Below the pieces are notes generated by a model. The model ran no database searches and had not been told where the DNA came from. It saw only the letters and a program-made list of their open reading frames with translations. The position numbers and the translations under genes were made by a program. A DNA stretch of 64,000 nt from Candidatus Cryptobacteroides merdavium (lineage in GTDB: Bacteria > Bacteroidota > Bacteroidia > Bacteroidales > UBA932), in contig JADIMO010000016.1 of the NCBI GenBank assembly GCA_017694755.1, positions 18,647 through 82,646 on the forward strand, written 5' to 3'. Every line of letters starts with the position of its first letter. Positions within the stretch are counted from its first letter, which is position 1. This document shows, in pieces, positions 60,894 to 64,000 of the stretch.

Positions 60894-62414
60894 ATGATAA
60901 AGATGAAAAAATTTCTGATATTGATTACTGCCGGACTTCTGGCCGCAGTATCCTGCGAAGACAGTTTTGATGTAAAATATACGGGATACCTCACAGGTTC
61001 CAGCGCATCAGATATGGTGGAAGAGGATCCTACATTCCTCAACTCGTATGTCCAGGGTCTCTATACCTGGATGGTAACTCCCGGCATTTCCTATGACGGA
61101 CATGACGATTTCGGTTTCCTTTCCTGCACCATGTGCACTGACTTCATGGGAGTCGACATAGCACTGAACGGTACGCAGAACTGGGGATATTTCGATTACA
61201 TGTTCCAGTACGGAGGAGCCATTTACGTACGTTCATACCAGATGTGGAGTGAATTCTTCACACTCATCAACAATGCCAACACGATAATCGACTTCTTCGG
61301 GACAAGCGAGCCCGGCGATGCGACTGCGAGAGGATATCTCGGACAGGCATATGCCATCAGGGCATTCGCCTACACTTACCTGATACAGCTTTTCCAGGAC
61401 CCGGTGACGACATCCGGAGAACTGAATGCCAATGCCCCAACGGTTCCTCTTGTCTACGCCTCAAGAGACGGCATGTCTGCTGATGAAGTGTCGGCAAGAC
61501 AGGGAAGGGTGCCGATGAACCTGGTAATGGAACACATAGAGTACAACATCACCCAGGCACTGAATTATCTCAACGGCTACAGCCGTTCCTCGAAAAATGA
61601 AATCGACTATTCGGTGGCACAGGGCATTGCGGCAAGATACTACCTTCTCACACAGCAATGGGAAAATGCCGCCGCTGCAGCAAATGCAGCAAAGCAGGGA
61701 TACCAGCTCATGGACCAGGCCAGACTTCAGTCCGGCTTCATGGATGTGGAGGATGCGGAAGTCATGTGGGGCTTCAACCAGACAACAGAAACGCAGACCA
61801 CATACGCATCATTCTTTTCACAGATGTCAAATGATTCACCTGGCTATGCCGGACTTGACCAGATGTCAAAATGCATAGACAGGGGGCTCTATGACCAGAT
61901 ACCGAATTCAGACTGGCGCAAGAGCCTGTTCAACGGTGCTGACGGTGACCCTTCTGCAAGTGCCGACACTCCGGGCGCCCAGAGGCCTTATGCCGCAAGA
62001 AAATTCGGATACATGGACCAGTGGCTCCAGGACTATATATACATGAGAGCTGCCGAAATGTATCTCATCGAAGCCGAAGCATATGCAAGACTCGGAGACG
62101 GCAGGGCATCAACGGTGATGAGCGAACTCATGGCACAGCGCAACCCTGCATGGAGCGCCTCTGCCACGGTCGATGAAATCCTGCTTCAGAGGAGGATAGA
62201 GCTTTGGGGAGAGGGATTCTCATACTTTGACCTCCGCAGGACCGGCACAGGGATCAACCGTTCATACACCGGCACGAACCATACAGCTGAATCAAGGATA
62301 TCGGTAGAAGCCCACAGCAACCTGTGGTGGTTCCAGATTCCTCAGACTGAAATGGACAACAACGACTTCATCAATGATGATGAACAGAATCCATACGAAG
62401 ATCCTAACGCATAA
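60894..62414 (+). CDS. SusD/RagB-family lipoprotein (right)
   Basis: Lipobox AVSC; IRAFAY, MRAAEMYLIEAEA, RRIELWGEG. Confidence 0.93.
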   Translation: MIKMKKFLILITAGLLAAVSCEDSFDVKYTGYLTGSSASDMVEEDPTFLNSYVQGLYTWMVTPGISYDGHDDFGFLSCTMCTDFMGVDIALNGTQNWGYFDYMFQYGGAIYVRSYQMWSEFFTLINNANTIIDFFGTSEPGDATARGYLGQAYAIRAFAYTYLIQLFQDPVTTSGELNANAPTVPLVYASRDGMSADEVSARQGRVPMNLVMEHIEYNITQALNYLNGYSRSSKNEIDYSVAQGIAARYYLLTQQWENAAAAANAAKQGYQLMDQARLQSGFMDVEDAEVMWGFNQTTETQTTYASFFSQMSNDSPGYAGLDQMSKCIDRGLYDQIPNSDWRKSLFNGADGDPSASADTPGAQRPYAARKFGYMDQWLQDYIYMRAAEMYLIEAEAYARLGDGRASTVMSELMAQRNPAWSASATVDEILLQRRIELWGEGFSYFDLRRTGTGINRSYTGTNHTAESRISVEAHSNLWWFQIPQTEMDNNDFINDDEQNPYEDPNA

Positions 62415-62426
62415 AGCAGGAAAAAC

Positions 62427-63308
62427 ATGAAAAGAAAAATAACATATACCATCGCATTGGCATCTCTGCTCTTGGTTTCATGCAACAAGGCTCTGGAAAA
62501 AAGCGAAATTGAGGATGGGTTCGCCCCTCTTGGGGATCTCCCGACCGTCAGCATCAACGCATCGGCCATCGAAGTGGACCAATACGCACAGACAGTAACG
62601 CTTGATGTCACATTCAGCGGAGTGGCATCCGGCATGGAAAACCTTGAGCTCGGACTGCTTTCGGCTACAGACCCGGGATTCGTAGAATCAAACGTAACCC
62701 TCGTGGATACTCCGGCCGACGGCACATACAGACTTACAGTGCAAGTATCTGCCGGAAACACCAATTACATCAAGGCAATGGCGGCATGCACAAACGGAGG
62801 AGCCGTCTATTCGGACAGGATTACAGTGGATGTACCTGACATACCTTGGTACTATAAGATTGCCGATGAATATATCGGCACATACGGCCCTGACGAGAAT
62901 ACGGCAAGCAACGGCGCCACTCCATACGAAAACCATGTAGTGACAGTCGAAGTGGCCGAAGATTTCTCAACTCTGACACTGTATGACATTGACCCGTATC
63001 TCGAGAATGAGACCAACGGCTATGTAAGCAGGCAGATGAACTATGTAACCGGCACAATTGACCTGGAGGCAAGAACCGTGACATTCACAGTATCGGGACA
63101 GGGAGTTGACCCTCATCTTTCGCCTTATCTTCTTTCTCCTATCAGCGGATACTCTTCAGACGGCTACTCGCTCGCAAAGGAATTCGTCCTGCAGTTCAAC
63201 GAAGATGCTACGGAACTCCATTTTCCATGGTATGCAGTACTTAACCAGCAGGAAAGTACACTGTCATATGTCTATGCTGAAGACGGGGTGACACTCACGG
63301 CGAACTGA
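62427..63308 (+). CDS. Hypothetical surface lipoprotein
   Basis: Lipobox LVSC; beta-rich and acidic. Confidence 0.75.
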   Translation: MKRKITYTIALASLLLVSCNKALEKSEIEDGFAPLGDLPTVSINASAIEVDQYAQTVTLDVTFSGVASGMENLELGLLSATDPGFVESNVTLVDTPADGTYRLTVQVSAGNTNYIKAMAACTNGGAVYSDRITVDVPDIPWYYKIADEYIGTYGPDENTASNGATPYENHVVTVEVAEDFSTLTLYDIDPYLENETNGYVSRQMNYVTGTIDLEARTVTFTVSGQGVDPHLSPYLLSPISGYSSDGYSLAKEFVLQFNEDATELHFPWYAVLNQQESTLSYVYAEDGVTLTAN

Positions 63309-63378
63309 TGTGCACAGAAAACGGACCGGCCTGCACAGGACCGGTCCAAAATTAAAACAACAGATAAAGATGCATGAT

Positions 63379-64000
63379 ATGAAAAACGCAATTCGGAATC
63401 TGGCATTGATGGCCATGCCTGCAGCAATGGTCTTCGGACTATCTGCCTGCCAGGAAGATGAAACCAGGCCTGAAAGACCTGAAGTCAACCAGAATGACAT
63501 AGTGTTTGAAGCAAAGGCCGGGGCGCTCACGTCCGAAAGTGCCACAATTACCATAAAGCACAACGGGACTGACAATGAGACTTATTACGGCTTCTGCTAT
63601 ACCGACCTTGAAACGACCATGGCCAATGCCATCAACAGGGTTGTAGCCTCATTTACAGAGAACGGGACTGACATCAGCACCGTAGTGACGACGGGGACCA
63701 CCCACGTGACTGTCGTTACAGACCTTTCTCCGCTCACATCATACAGATATGTCGTATTCGGACTCAACGATGACGGCACTGTATACGGTACTCCGGCATC
63801 AGTGGATTTCACGACTCTCAAGGGTGAAGTCGCATTCACGGTGTCAGTGGCAAACATAACCGAAACCACGGCGAATGCCACCGTCACAAGCACCGGGGAT
63901 GACACCGACACATGGTACTGCTTCGCCACAACCGATCTTACTTCCCCGCTTGCCGATGTGGTAAGCGCAGAAGTAGAAAGACTTGGAAGCAATGTCTCAT
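63379..64000 (+). CDS. Surface lipoprotein with Fn3-like repeats, partial (runs off the right edge)
   Basis: Not in the ORF track; hand translation MKNAIRNLALMAMPAAMVFGLSACQEDE...DLSPLTSYRYVVFGL...FTT; open to the window end. Confidence 0.75.
   Translation, partial: MKNAIRNLALMAMPAAMVFGLSACQEDETRPERPEVNQNDIVFEAKAGALTSESATITIKHNGTDNETYYGFCYTDLETTMANAINRVVASFTENGTDISTVVTTGTTHVTVVTDLSPLTSYRYVVFGLNDDGTVYGTPASVDFTTLKGEVAFTVSVANITETTANATVTSTGDDTDTWYCFATTDLTSPLADVVSAEVERLGSNVS

Overview
Chromosomal window from a gut/rumen-type Bacteroidales (TAnnTTTG promoters, SusC/SusD pairs, argF'-type carbamoyltransferase; taxon inferred). Left to right: (1) 1-5.3 kb, an AT-richer LacI-regulated uptake/catabolic unit (FAD oxidoreductase, Na+/solute symporter, and a secreted protein that runs off the left edge) with two visible operators. 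(2) 5.9-16.5 kb, an arginine biosynthesis cluster (argA-G-C-D, antisense DMT transporter, argF'-B-E, mgsA, argH). It has no argR, but is preceded by an unannotated 31-codon leader ORF ending CGA-CGA-CGA-TAA. (3) 16.6-46.3 kb, housekeeping genes (rne/rng, bS22, HU, lon, ung, coaD, lnt, rluD, ruvC, serS, rpmA, rplU, sirtuin, rpsU with a strong Shine-Dalgarno, AsmA-like, ECF sigma, groES/EL). (4) 46.5-64 kb, two divergent paralogous SusC/SusD-lipoprotein operons. Between them is a ~1 kb AT-rich segment that encodes an Mpi-like serine invertase and is bounded by 28-bp inverted repeats. The two strongest candidates for an undescribed system are this Hin-like switch, which would choose between two SusC/D surface loci, and the Arg-codon leader peptide ahead of the arg operon. 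Both functions are inferred from sequence and untested. No rRNA, tRNA, CRISPR array or transposase was seen.
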